Virus record (IMG/VR): IMGVR_UViG_3300021171_000006
Coordinates: 27,354 to 91,353 of that record
Strand: one strand, 5' to 3'
Length of the DNA stretch: 64,000 nucleotides
Source: a virus
The notes below the pieces were generated by a model. That model saw only the letters and a program-made list of their open reading frames with translations, did not search any database and was not told the origin of the DNA. This document shows, one piece after another, positions 19,937 to 31,640 of the stretch (the stretch's first letter is position 1; each line of letters opens with the position of its first letter). The position numbers were made by a program, and so were the translations under genes.

Positions 19937-20350
19937 TCATGCTGATCGAGCCCGGAGCGCGGCAATGCAGATGGCGAGCGCGGGGGTTGAGGGGGGTCCA
20001 TTATGATCGCGGTGCCATCCAAACTCATTGTGTCCAGGGTCGCCATGATCGGGATGCGTCTTATGAACAAGTGCCCACGCCTGGAAAATCGACGTGCGAC
20101 CACAACGCCAGAACCACCCCTCGGGCACGAGGGTCAGAGCCGCGTCGAGCTAACGGCTGAATCGCAACTCGGTCCCCTGCGACATATCGGGATAACGCCA
20201 CATCGGGATTGCGGTTTGGCTAGGATCACCGTCAAGGACGACATATTCGATCGGCTCGCCCATAGTGGCCGTAGCGATAGCGCGATCTAGTTCTTCGCTC
20301 CCCTCGCTCGCGGCCTCAAGCCGTCGGATCAGATCGTCGATGTCGGTCAT
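19937..20350 (-). pseudogene. conserved phage protein interrupted by an in-frame TAG
   Basis: FSR*LDAALTLVPEGW...TPALAICIAAL reads continuously across the stop at 20150-20152. Confidence 0.65.
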
Positions 20351-20587
20351 GGCGTTCCCCCTGATTTGCGGTTCGGCTTATCCTCAAAAACCTGCGGTTG
20401 TGTTGCCGCCCACCTGCCTGCACACATTCCCGCCGGTCCGAGCCATGACGCGCTCACCATAACCTTCGCTATCGTGTTATAGCCTTCTGGCCATTCGCGA
20501 CATTTGTAATACGCAAGCACGCCACAGAACCAAAAACTCATCGCGAGGGCGAACAGAATTGCGACGCTCATGCTGCTATCCTCATCC

Positions 20588-20986
20588 TCAAATGCTCGGG
20601 GAGCGCGAACGCAACTCGATAGCCTGCCGCGCGCGTTCGATGATTCGGATGCCGGCGGTCACGTCACCCGAGACGGTCCATAGTCGGAGTGAGACGTTGA
20701 GCGGGTCGATGCCGAGTTGACCCCAGAACGCGACCTCGCCGATTTGGTGTTGCCTCATGTGGCAGGCGTGATCGCCAGGGACGGAGAACTTGTCGCTCGG
20801 CTTCATGCCGGTGCCCCCATCGGTCCCGCCGCGAACGTGCATCGCCTCGACCGGGCCGCGCGCCCCGCAGGCTAGGCAGATCCCAAGCGAACGCACGAAG
20901 GCAAGATGCTGCGCCGCCCGCCGTAGGTTCGGCTTTCGCTTCCCCTTGGGGACGGTGCGGGGGATGCGGGGCGAGGCGCGGGTCAT
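20588..20986 (-). CDS. DUF968 / putative HNHc nuclease
   Basis: HLAFVRSL..CLACG...AMH...GTGMKPSDKF..P..HACH..QH. Confidence 0.8.
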   Translation of the reverse strand: MTRASPRIPRTVPKGKRKPNLRRAAQHLAFVRSLGICLACGARGPVEAMHVRGGTDGGTGMKPSDKFSVPGDHACHMRQHQIGEVAFWGQLGIDPLNVSLRLWTVSGDVTAGIRIIERARQAIELRSRSPSI

Positions 20987-21370
20987 CGCGGCGCGCTCTC
21001 GATGTTCTCGCTCACCCGACCGCCATCGCCTTCGACACAGTAAGTTTTGGACGGAAGAGAGCCGCCGTGGGTAAATCCCCATAGCATGGAAGGTGATGGA
21101 TGCTTCAAATCATCTGTGATGTGCCTCGCAACGTCCTCGCACATCGCGATGTCATCATGCCAGATAACCCGTTCAACGTACCCATCGGGCCACTCGTGAA
21201 CCAGGAACACCAAGGCCAGAGGCAGCGTGAGGCATACACCGAGGCGGCGCGCCAAGCGGGGATTGCGGTGGATCTCGGTCATGGGGTCTCAGAATGTTGG
21301 GTAACAGCGGCAAGTTGACGAGCGAGGTCAGTTGCCGCTTTGTCTGTGGTACGCCATTCCATTTGTTCCA

Positions 21371-22933
21371 TCATCCAGCCTTTCCGATTTCGTCCCATTG
21401 CTTCGTAATGGCCGCGTCCAGTTCTTTCAGGTCGGCGACGTCGATCTCCTTGCGAGCCGCTTTCAGGTGCTCGTCATTGTCCCCGATCATGGTGGCTAAA
21501 TCATCGCTGTTGGTCATCTTCCGCAATTCCGGCAGGAAGACAGAGACCGTCCAGATGTGCCATTCCGGCTCCCCGCGCACCATGACGGGCGGTAATTCCA
21601 GGCTCGGGTGCATGCGCTCGTCAGCCGGGACGCCGAACCCGAGGCGCTGCTGGCCGGGTTCTGCCGGCGGTGCTGCCTTGGGCGGCGGTGGCCCCCGTTT
21701 TACCGGGGGCGCCGTTTTATCGGTGGGGTCGGGTTCCACGGCTGCATTGGGCATCATCTCCTTTCCAAGTTCCGCAGCCTGGGGGGGCTTGGCAGTCGAA
21801 TGCGGTTCCTCCCCAGGCCGCTCCGCCTCGGTCTGAGGCGAAGCTTGTTGCGTCTTTTTCTCCTCGGCCTCGCGCGCAGCTGCTTCCCGAGCCGCCATTG
21901 CCTGCCGCGCCAGTCCGTATTCGGTGCTCAGTTCCTTCGACAGCGCGTCGTGCCCGGTCTCGTCCAACCGCTGCATGAGGCCCTGGTTGTTGTCCCACAC
22001 CGTCGTCAAGGCCGCTTCGTTCTTGGCCTCTTCCAGCGCGGCTCGGTAGGCAAAGACCGCTGTCTCCACGGTCTCGTAGAGGACGACGTTGCCGACCATG
22101 TCGATCACTTCGAAGGGGTCGGGATGTTGCTCTGTCTCGGTGATGGCATCGCTGACCAATTCGGCCGGATCTTTGAAGTCCGACCGTTTCGGCCGCGGGG
22201 GCGGTGTCACGTCGGTTGCGAGTTCGGAGGCGTCGATCAACTCGTCGTGATCGAACGGCATGCCACCGAGGATGCCCGGCGCCACGCCCGTCGCGAACCG
22301 ACGCATCGCGAGATAGCGGATTTGTGTTTTTGGGTCGCTGCCCCAGAGCGGGCTGTTGAGAGGGAAGCATTGCACGAGATAGAACGGCTCATCCTCGCCG
22401 GGCCATACGCGGGGCTCATCCTCGCCCTTCACTCGCCAGCTGATGATGATGCCGAGCCCCTTCGCATCTTCCGGCGTCCATGTCGCCTTGATGAACTCGT
22501 TGCCCTTCTGGCTGGTCTGTTTCTGGAACTTGCCGATCACCTTCGACCAGTCGCCGACATAGGTAGCCTTCGGGGCACCGATGAACCGACCAGATTGCTC
22601 CAAGATCGCCTGCACCAGCTTGCCCTCGAAGCCGACCGAGCCGCCCGGTGTCTGGTATGTGCTCCGGGCGACGAAGCTTGGATCAATGTTCCACGTCACC
22701 GCTTGCGTAATCACCGTGAAACACGCCTCGGCCTTGCCGGCAAGGTGACGCGGCGTGAAGACCGAGTCTCTGGACATGATTCCGCTCAACCTCTTGATCG
22801 ACTCGTAAAGCCGCTCGTCGAGCAGGATGCGCAGCGATGGCGCGAGTTCGCGCTTCGGGCTGAGCAGGTCGCCGATAGAAGTCTCTTGAGCGAGATCAGC
22901 CGGAAGGGCGGGGACCGGTGCGGTGTCGTTCAT
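21371..22933 (-). CDS. RecT/Redbeta-like ssDNA annealing protein with long C-terminal extension
   Basis: PRHLAGKAEACF.V..QAVTW..DP..VA..TY; SPLW.SDPKTQI.YLA.RRFA. Confidence 0.75.
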   Translation of the reverse strand: MNDTAPVPALPADLAQETSIGDLLSPKRELAPSLRILLDERLYESIKRLSGIMSRDSVFTPRHLAGKAEACFTVITQAVTWNIDPSFVARSTYQTPGGSVGFEGKLVQAILEQSGRFIGAPKATYVGDWSKVIGKFQKQTSQKGNEFIKATWTPEDAKGLGIIISWRVKGEDEPRVWPGEDEPFYLVQCFPLNSPLWGSDPKTQIRYLAMRRFATGVAPGILGGMPFDHDELIDASELATDVTPPPRPKRSDFKDPAELVSDAITETEQHPDPFEVIDMVGNVVLYETVETAVFAYRAALEEAKNEAALTTVWDNNQGLMQRLDETGHDALSKELSTEYGLARQAMAAREAAAREAEEKKTQQASPQTEAERPGEEPHSTAKPPQAAELGKEMMPNAAVEPDPTDKTAPPVKRGPPPPKAAPPAEPGQQRLGFGVPADERMHPSLELPPVMVRGEPEWHIWTVSVFLPELRKMTNSDDLATMIGDNDEHLKAARKEIDVADLKELDAAITKQWDEIGKAG

Positions 22934-25900
22934 TGGGTTGTGTCCTCGGGTTCGGGGAACTCTTCGGGGAACTGCTCCTGGCCATGGGCCTGTTCCCATT
23001 GCGCATTCCAGCACGGATAGCAGAGACCGTGATCGGGATCGCCCTCGGGCCAAATCTTCGCCCCGCAATTCCCGCAGAGGGTTTCGGTCCAACCGGGCTG
23101 AAGCCACCAGAAGCTCATCTCCGGTGTCCTCCTACAATCGCGTTGTAGATGGAATCGTGAATGGTCCCGGAGAGCCGGTCGATCGTCAGGTTCACGCCAT
23201 CGCCGTTGAGCCAGCCGGCGATCTGCTCCGTGGCGTCGGCAATCCGCTTGAGGCTGATTGCGATCGACGCCAAGGCCGCGCCCTGGTCGATCATGGCGAT
23301 GTTCTCTTCCAGCCGAGCGATAGTGCCTTGGTACACGTCGCCCCGGAGACCCTCAAGGGCATCCCATCCGCAGGGGCAATGCTGCAGGTCATAGCCTGCG
23401 CCTCGTAGCGGCTTGTGGCAGTCGGGACAGGATTCGTGTTTCTCGGCCATTGTCACTCATCCACGTCATCGAAGATTGATCGGTTGCCGTTCTCGTCGAG
23501 GAGCATGCCGTCATCGGACCACATATGCTGGCCGTTCGGGTGCCGCTCGGTCGCCTCCCGCTCATAGAGCGCGCGCGTTTCCTCGCCGTAGTTCGGCGGA
23601 TCGTCGACGGCCCCATGGTGGCCGGAGGCCCATGCTTCGCAGGTCATGCGCCCGCTCACGTACTTTCCGTGGTTTGGGCCGGTCTCGCTGAGGCAAAGAG
23701 CCTGCACCGAGCCGCCGCCTTCGGATTTCGCGATCATCTCAGACCAGAAGCGGCAGCCGTAACAATCCTTGGTCTCGCCGAAACTGCGGGGCATCAGAAC
23801 GGCTCCTCATCGTCGAGGGGGTTGTAGCGAGGCGCAGGCTCGACGGGCGGCAAAGCGGCCAGCGGGATTGTCGCGAAAATCGTCGGCGGCAATTCATACT
23901 GCCGCCTCGCCTGCCGGTCCCATGCGACGACAGGAGAGCATGGCGTCAGGCGATAGATCGCAGCGCCGCCGTGAAAGACGGCGGGTAGCAGCACGCGATT
24001 GAACAGCGGCTCGATCGCCAGCATTTTCGATCCGAAGCGCTCGACTTCGGCAATGCGGCCGATCAGCGTCGTGTGTCCGAATAACTCGACGATCGCGTAC
24101 TCGCCGGGCGGGAGCGCCTCAGCATTTTCGAGTTGCTCGGTCATGCGGTGCCACCAATATCGGGTTGGCCTTCGAAGCGTTTGATCTGCTCCTTGAACAT
24201 CACAACGATATCCCGGCGATCGGCGCCGTTGCTGATGTAGTTGCAGCGCCCCTCGTGCTCGCCGAAGGGGAAAACGAGCAGGACGAAGCCGGTCTTGCGC
24301 TCTTTGCCTTTGGGCCCCTTGTTGAAGGCGTTGTCGAGCATCCGCGCGATTTGGTTCATCATCTCGCGATATGCGTCCTCGATCGGAGCGTCGCCCAATC
24401 TCTCAACCATCACACCAACCCCTTCTCTGTCGCCAGCGATTCGTCCATCGTCATCGTGCCCGCCTCCTCGTCCCATTGGCACTGGCTCTTGGGGAGCCAG
24501 ACGGTCGTCCTGCCGTCATAGAACCGATACGCTTTCTCGGTTTCTCGCGGCGGCACGAGCTCGCCCTCGATATCAACGAGTTTGCTGCGGCTGGTCATGG
24601 TCGCATCCTCACGGTCGGCTTTGTAGCGGCGTATTTCGTATCGACGACAAAGCCGCAGATCGCGCACCGTTTTAGCGTCTCGTCAGGCTGGCAAGCGTCA
24701 CCACTTGCAAGCGCCGATAAACAAGGCGTCTGCTGGCTATCCCGATCTATGAGCGCGGCGGCGCATGCCGCTACCATCGCTTCACGGATCGATATCTTGC
24801 GGATGATTGCCTGACCAAATTCGGCAAGCACCACATCGACTATCCGTTCCGCGCGCATCGTTCGATTGTCGACGAGTTTGCTACGGGCCATCGGGCAAGT
24901 CCCCTTGCTCGATCGGCTCAACCGCAATCTCGCCGATGCCGTCACACTCGGGGCAGATGTCGACCGAAATGATCTCGCCGCGATAAGGGTCATGGCCGTG
25001 CGAGATTTCGACCCTGCCGATGCCCGCGCATTCTGGGCATTTGATCGCCGTCCACATATCTTCGATCATCACACGACGCTCTTGATGATGGTGGTCGAAT
25101 CCTCGATCACCCGTGCGCCAGGCAAGGTACGGACGCCAGCCTTCACCTGCCGGTCGAATATCTGCTGCACGGCAGCGCGGACGGTTGCCTCGTCCACCTT
25201 GCGAGCGTGGCGGATCGCAGCGGTGAGGTCGTAGATCTCGACCTTCCAGACCTTCCGACCGCTCGCTTTGACGCCGAGACCGCTGTCGATCGCCTTCGCC
25301 GTCACGGCGGCGGCTTGGCGATCAAGCTCGGCGGACGCTACCGCAGCGCGGCGCGCCTCGATGTCTGCGGCTAGGCGGCGTTCGGATGCTTCCGCTTCGG
25401 CCTTGGCTTGTTCGGCGCGGGCCTGGGCAGCTTTGGCTGCTGCCTCGCGATCACCGGCCCGGCGCGCTTCTTCCTCCGCCCGCCGTACACGCTCGGCGGC
25501 TTCGCGGGCGGCAGCGGCTTCGCGCTCCTCAGCTTCACGGCGAGCACGTTCCGCAGCGGCGGCCTTCTCGCGCTCGACCCGGGCGGCTTCCTCCAGCCGA
25601 CGCCGCTCGGCCTCAGCTTTGGCTTCCTCGTCGCGGCGGAATTTGTCCACCATACCAAGTACGGTGAACAGCGGGCCGCCTATCACCTTCTTTTCCGGAT
25701 CGAATATGGCGAGGCGAGCGGCGATGCCGTTGAAATGCGCGTCGACTGCGCGTCCGGCCTCAAGGTAGGGACGCTTGCGGGATGCGCGGGCGTCGTCGAT
25801 CGTGGCGAGATGGCTCTTGATCATCCCTGCTAATAAGGTAGCGCGTCCCGCGCTCTCCTGGTCGGTGACCTTGGCGCGCTCTACACCACCGATCAGATCC

Positions 25901-28900
25901 CCGGCTTTCTTTTCGATTTCCGCTGTCTCGACCGGCAGCAATTCAGCGAGAGGCGGAAGGTTACCACCGATTACAGCCCTGGGATTGGCGTCAAGCGCGT
26001 CGGACATGATGTGCTCCTCTAAAACGGGATTGGGAGTTGGTCGAGGCGAATACGCTCTTTCGGCCGCACCTTCGGCTCTTCAGGGCGCCATTTCTGCGCA
26101 TGTTCCAAATCTGCAATTTCGTATCGCCAGTCAGCCTCGGTGATCCGACGCGCTCGTTCTTGCCGCCACTTCGCCATCGGGGCTGTCTGAAGCGCCTGCT
26201 GGCGACCGCTGCGTGGAGCGCGATCTGCCGGCGGCGGGTTCGCCATGCGCCGTTGTTCTGCTGGGGTCGCTTCGACGAACTCCAACATCGCCCAAATTTC
26301 GTATGGGTCGGCGAGGTCGGTGCCGATCTGCCCTTGAAGGTATGGCATGGGCCATCTATCGAGCTTGTTCTCAGGTATTCCCGGCTCATGGTCGCACCAG
26401 AATAGTCGCGCTGGCACTTCGGGCCCGTCACGCCTGAGTCTGACCATCCAGTAGCCCTCGCGAGGCTCAGCCATCCCCTATCTCCTTGGCGATCCGGTCC
26501 CGCTCGTACTCCAGCCAGTCCTCGATCCGCTGCTGGACCTCCTGAGCGAGCCGATCAGCGAGCGCGTGCAGTTCCGGCCCGTTACCGAGAAAGTGTTGGG
26601 CCAGCTTGTAGCATTCCTCGTCATAGCTCATCGCTCGGTCACGTCCGACAGCGCGAACACGATGCCCCGACAATATTTTTCGCCGTCCTCCAAAATGTCG
26701 AAGGAAACGTGAGGAATGGTAGTCTCATAGACCCACGAATAGCCCTCCGTGTCCCACTTGGCGTCAATGGTGGACGCCGCCTTCATTAACCGCTTGAAAT
26801 GGGGGCAATCCTCATTATCGCATTCGTTCACCAAGAGACCGGATTTTGTGAAGTACGCCGTCGCACCTTCCCATGCGCCGATTTCATCGTTGACGGCACC
26901 CCGAAACTCCATGAGGTCATCGCTAGCGCCGAAGACAATCACAAGGCCGTTGAGTTTGGCTTCGTATTCCTCGGCGTCGGTGGTTTCGTCGCGGTACTCT
27001 CGACCATGCAGTTGTACGGCCAACTCTCTCGCGTCCATGTGGTTTAACTCCCTATGTGTTCGATGGAGAGGCAGGCAGAGTCCCCCCTTCCGAGGGGATC
27101 TGCGTGTTCGACGGAGCCGGCTTCGCAGTGCGCTCTTGCTCGCCCTGGTGTTTGGCGGAGGCGGTCATCCTGTACCTCGCTTACGGCTGTTCCACATACG
27201 ACGGTTACGACATCCCCGGAGCCGAGCGCATCGACAGCCGGGTTGTCCGCGGATACACCATCCGCGTCTTTGGCCTGCGTTGCCGCGCGTTCGCGCCCCC
27301 AGCGGCCGTTCCCCCGAACGGTCGCATCTGCGCTCGCCAGAGCGGCTATGCGCTCGGCGGCATCGAGTTTGTTCCTGCGAGGGGTTGCCCTTCACGCCGG
27401 GCCGCGCTATAAAACCCGCAGGAAATCGCCGGTCGCCGCCGAGCGAAGTCCAGAGGGCGGGTCGAGAGTTTACACCTCTCCCCGCCTTCGCCATTTCAGG
27501 GTGGCGCATCTGCCGGGCCTCTGTCAATAAGTTTTCGCCGGGCTGCATTAATCCGCGCCTTCCGTTTTTCATACCTGACCGGATCAGCCTTGATGGTCTG
27601 GAAGTAGCGCCGCATATGTGCGGAATAGCACTGTCGGCATCTCCGTTGCCCATTCGGTAAGGGTGCGGCGTCCTCAAGCGAGTGGCCACGTTTGCAGTGC
27701 GTTTGCCGGGGCCTGCCGGGCTTGCGCTTCTCGCTCATGGCGTGGCCCAAGCCATCAGCGCGACGACCATCAGCGCGCACGCGAGGACACAGAGCCAGCC
27801 GATGACCGCCCGCGCGATGGACCTGTCGCCTGCCGCAGCCTCAGCGTAGGCCACACCCGTAGCGTCGGGCACGGCGAGGCGGTCCAGCGTCTCCATCGCC
27901 TCGTCGAACTCGGCCTCGTGCGACTCCAATTCGGTCGGCCATCGGATTATATTATTCATCATCTTCACTTTGGCGCAACTTTAGGGCCTCAATCTCATCG
28001 GCGATGTCTCGTTCAATTTCTACCGAGTAATCGTTCGTCAGTTTGGCTAATAGAGAGCCAATCTTGATGGGGTCATCTGTGCGACATTGACGTTGCGCTT
28101 CCTCTATAAGACGCTCGCGCCATTGGCGGCAGATAGAAGCGCGAATAATATCGGTGTTCATGGCTTCCTCCACCAAAGACCAGCCGCGTTGAACTCAGGG
28201 AGAAGATCCGCCCAACGACCAAACCACGGAGCCTGTCGATGCACGTTCTCGTCACGCGCAAACTCAACAATCTCGCTGGGATTCGGCAGATCGCCCTCAG
28301 CCACTGAGTGCCATCCCTCTGCGCGCAGTTCGGCGCCAGTCACGGCGTCACCAATACCGGCACAACCAACCCGGCCAGGATCTCTGCCTCGGTGAAGCCG
28401 CTATCCGCCCCGAAGGCTCGGGCGCGCGCTTCGAGAGCGCAGAGTTCGTCATGGAGCCGCCGCACCCCGCAGCCGTCGCCGTGGTAGACCTCAGCCAAGG
28501 CTGCGGCGAGCTCCGCGTGCCCGTGGAGCCCGGCCCGGCGCAGATGCCCGGCGGCGACAAGGCAATAATCCGAGCGCAGGAGCGATCCGTTCGCTTCGAG
28601 GCTTCGGTCAAGGGCGATGATCGCTTCGGTGAGGTGGGTCATCACTTTTCCGAGAAATCAATAATTTCCTGCGGCAATCCCCGTTTTGATTGGCCGGCGA
28701 TCTGCATTTGGGTCTTGATCGTGCGCAGGATTTCACGGGATTGCGCCGCAACAGCGTCCGCCCGATTCGGGAGCATCTGTTCGGTCTTCACGTCGTTCAG
28801 TGTCTCCCATAGGATGTCTTTGAGGCTACTCGCTGTCAGCGGCCTTATAAGAGTCGTCGCGTTTCGGCCCTTCTGAACGGCGGTCCCGCTCTTGCGCTTT

Positions 28901-29377
28901 GTTCCCGGTTTGGTTTTGGCGACGGATTTCATAGTTGCTGCTCCTCGTTTTAATCTCTCGGTTGAGTTCGATCGTCAGCCTCGCGGCCTCAGCAAACTCG
29001 CCGTACTGAGCATCGCGCCGTGCTTGATCGTATTTGGCTTTCTTCGCTCGATAGGCCGGCTGGCGACAATACTCCACATGCTGCGGCATCCGTGCTTTCC
29101 GGATTACCGCTGCCGCCACCGGGTCATAGGTGCGCTGGAAGTGGTCTGCCTTTTTCCGCTTAAGTAGCGCGTGATTCCGCTCACGATATTTCTTATCGTA
29201 GGTGGCCTTCTCAGCTTTCTTTTGAGCATCGGTCTTCGGCGGCTTGCGGCGCGCCAACCCTGCACAAATCTGGCCGCAATATAGCGGCGCTCCAATTCCC
29301 CGAGCGCGATTGACCGCTCCTGCTTCCCTAAAGCAGGATTTGCCGCATTGCTGACAGGTGAATGGCAATAGGGCCAA
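22930..29377 (-). other. cluster of leftward hypothetical genes, including a 312-aa coiled-coil protein (25069-26007) and zinc-finger proteins (27496-27737, 28826-29377)
   Basis: contiguous overlapping ORFs; THCKRGH...RRCRQC; CxxC motifs. Confidence 0.65.
27065..27495 (-). ncRNA. candidate structured non-coding RNA
   Basis: ~430-nt gap with several stems, e.g. cgctcggcggc/gccgccgagcg, ttcctgcg/cgcaggaa, cgcggat/atccgcg. Confidence 0.45.
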
Positions 29378-29379
29378 TC

Positions 29380-29530
29380 TAAAATCTCCCCGCCGCCGCG
29401 ATCTCTATTCCGGTGGGGACCGGCGACCGCCGGGGTGGGGCGGGAGACGCGGCGGCGAGGGAGATAATAAGCCACTTTGGTTGAATGTCAACCGGGATGC
29501 TTGATTTTTTCAAAGTAGCATCCTATGCTC
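29380..29530. promoter_or_regulatory. divergent early control region
   Basis: ~22-bp inverted repeat (29383-29405 / 29443-29465); ggatgct...agcatcc palindrome just upstream of the HTH gene. Confidence 0.5.
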
Positions 29531-29537
29531 CTTCCCC

Positions 29538-29828
29538 ATGAGCGATATCGGTATGTCTCCGGGCGAGGCGATGACCTTGGCGCGGCGTCGCCTCGGTCTG
29601 CCGCAAAAGGCTATAGCGGATATCTGGGGCGTCTCGACGGCATACGTCTCGGCGGTGGAAACTGGCGACAAACGATTCCCGAGAGAGAGGGTGGCCAATC
29701 TGCCCATCGAAATCCGGCGCGAGATTGTGACGGCGCTGATCGCCGATCACGAGCGCGCTATCGCAGAATTGCGCGAGTTGGTCGCCGAGGGCGGCCTTGA
29801 ACCCGTCCAGTTGGAGGCTGGCGACTAA
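29538..29828 (+). CDS. Cro-like XRE HTH regulator
   Basis: ARRRLGLPQKAIADIWGVSTAYVSAVETG. Confidence 0.85.
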   Translation: MSDIGMSPGEAMTLARRRLGLPQKAIADIWGVSTAYVSAVETGDKRFPRERVANLPIEIRREIVTALIADHERAIAELRELVAEGGLEPVQLEAGD

Positions 29829-29839
29829 GGAGAAAACAG

Positions 29840-30223
29840 ATGGCACGCACACGCAAACGGAAAAACGGCGCGGACGCGGAATGGGGCGACGATAGCGGCG
29901 AATCTCCGCCGACCGATCACAACGCAAAAAGCCGCGCGGAGACAATTCAGCACTGCTGTCGTGAGATCACAAATCTGGAAGCCGAGCGGTCTTCGATCAG
30001 CGAGCAGGTTCGCGAGATCAAGCAGATCCGCATCAAGGGCGAACTCGGTATGAAGATTGGCGATTTTAACGCCGCCCTACGCTTATACGCGCTCGAAGGC
30101 GATGATCGCGATCAGTTCTTCGACAGGCTCCGGGAAACGTTCGAAGCCCTCGGCGTGGGAGCACAACTCGATTTCATCGATGCGTTGCGGGGCGAGGCCG
30201 AACATGCTGATCGCGGGGATTGA
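29840..30223 (+). CDS. GapR/DUF2312-like DNA-binding protein
   Basis: ITNLEAERSSISEQVREI...G......ALRL......R......L.....ALG. Confidence 0.65.
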   Translation: MARTRKRKNGADAEWGDDSGESPPTDHNAKSRAETIQHCCREITNLEAERSSISEQVREIKQIRIKGELGMKIGDFNAALRLYALEGDDRDQFFDRLRETFEALGVGAQLDFIDALRGEAEHADRGD

Positions 30224-30746
30224 TCCCGGGCTGTCCGGCGCCATCGCTCTGCGGGATACCGACGACGGCAGCATGAGGGTGGTGGACATCCCCACCTTCT
30301 CGCTGTCGCGTAACGGCAAGAACAAGCGAGAGATCGACGCCGTAACGCTGTCGATCATGCTCGACCTGTCTATCGGACATGCCTTTGTCGAGCAGGTCGG
30401 CGCAATGCCACATCAGGGCGTCTCTGGCGTGTTCGCCTTCGGTAAATCCTACGGCATCATCATCGGCGTTCTGGCGGCTCGTGGTGTGCCGATGACTTTC
30501 GTCAATCCTCGGGTGTGGAAGAAGTCTCTAGGTGTGCCGGCAGCAAAGGATGGTGCTCGTGCGAGGGCTTCACAATTGATGCCGTCGAGCGCGGAGTGGT
30601 GGACGCGGGTGAAAGATGACGGGCGCGCCGAGGCTGCATTGATCGCGTATTGGGGCATCCGCTCGCTCGCTGGCATTGGAAAGACGATGCCGGCCAAACT
30701 AGCCCCGCCGCACAAGCTGGGGCCGCTCTTCGCCGAGAGGTCGTGA
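30204..30746 (+). CDS. RuvC-like Holliday junction resolvase
   Basis: IAGIDPGLSGA; VEQVGAMPHQGVSGVFAFG; PRVWKK; DDGRAEAALIA. Confidence 0.85.
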   Translation: MLIAGIDPGLSGAIALRDTDDGSMRVVDIPTFSLSRNGKNKREIDAVTLSIMLDLSIGHAFVEQVGAMPHQGVSGVFAFGKSYGIIIGVLAARGVPMTFVNPRVWKKSLGVPAAKDGARARASQLMPSSAEWWTRVKDDGRAEAALIAYWGIRSLAGIGKTMPAKLAPPHKLGPLFAERS

Positions 30747-31283
30747 TGAACTTCGCCCCCGTCACGACGAAAGCCGACCTGATGACGCTTGATCCCGACG
30801 AGATCACGGCGGGGTACATGGATGCGCAACGAGGTGATCCCGAACCCGGCGTTAACCGGGGGCGCGCCTATTGGCACGGCTGGCGGAATCGAATGATGGA
30901 TCTCGGCGAGATCGAGATCGACGCAGGCCATCGCCGACTTGTTCACGAGATCGCGCCGAATGGCGTGTTCGACGACGAGGTGGTCGGGCGGCGCAGCGAG
31001 AGAGTGCGACGGTGATGCCCTACGCCGTCGGCGAGACAGTTCGCATCGACTTCCCCGCAGACGAGTGGCATGGCCGCGCGGTCGAGGTCGTGCGCGATGA
31101 TCCGGCGGTCGAGGTCGGGCACGAGGACGGCACCAGCATGATCGCTCGGGTGATATTCGTCCGGGGCCCCGGTATCCCGCATGCGGTGGGTTTCCACGCC
31201 TCTCACATAGCCGGGACGGTGGAGGCTCAGCAGCGCCGGCGGTGGGATGCTGAGGGTGACGATCGACAGGGAATGCTCGGATT

Positions 31284-31640
31284 ATGAACTCGGGAGCCTG
31301 GAATGCCGAATCCATCGCCCGCCTTAAGGATCTGGTCGAGGCCGGAGAGGCGAGCTTTAAAGAGATCGGCCAGGAGATGGGCCTATCGAAAAACATCGTC
31401 ATCGGGAAGGCGCGGCGGGAGGGGTTTGTCGGGCCTAAAACGCTCGGCCCTCGGGACGATGGTGTCCTGACCCTCACGCAGCGCTTGGACGCTCTTGATG
31501 TGTTCCCCGGACCTCGGAAGTGCGTGTTCCCGATCGGGCACCCGAGAGCGCCCAATTTCCATTTCTGCGCCGCGCGGGCGGATGAAGGGGCGCCCTACTG
31601 CCCAGAGCATCGGCGGATCGCGCTGGTGAAGGTGCTGTGA
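31284..31640 (+). CDS. gcrA: GcrA-family regulator
   Basis: W....RLK.L...G.S..EIG..MG.SKN.VIGKARR; CVFPIGHP....FHFC......GAPYCPEH. Confidence 0.85.
   Translation: MNSGAWNAESIARLKDLVEAGEASFKEIGQEMGLSKNIVIGKARREGFVGPKTLGPRDDGVLTLTQRLDALDVFPGPRKCVFPIGHPRAPNFHFCAARADEGAPYCPEHRRIALVKVL

Larger units (their letters stand above)
15585..20571 (-). other. cluster of small leftward hypothetical early genes
   Basis: tightly packed or overlapping ORFs, e.g. 15585-15845, 15842-16066, 16063-16320, 16759-17580, 18757-19083, 19135-19404, 19743-19940, 20347-20571. Confidence 0.65.

Noticed and set aside
21608-23020. 470-aa plus-strand ORF, and similar long antisense ORFs such as 30449..31555, 37257..38222 and 56035..56895
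   Set aside because: Shadow ORFs opposite well-supported genes in high-GC DNA.
25340-25640. Ala/Glu/Arg-rich repetitive DNA
   Set aside because: Explained by a coiled-coil coding sequence.
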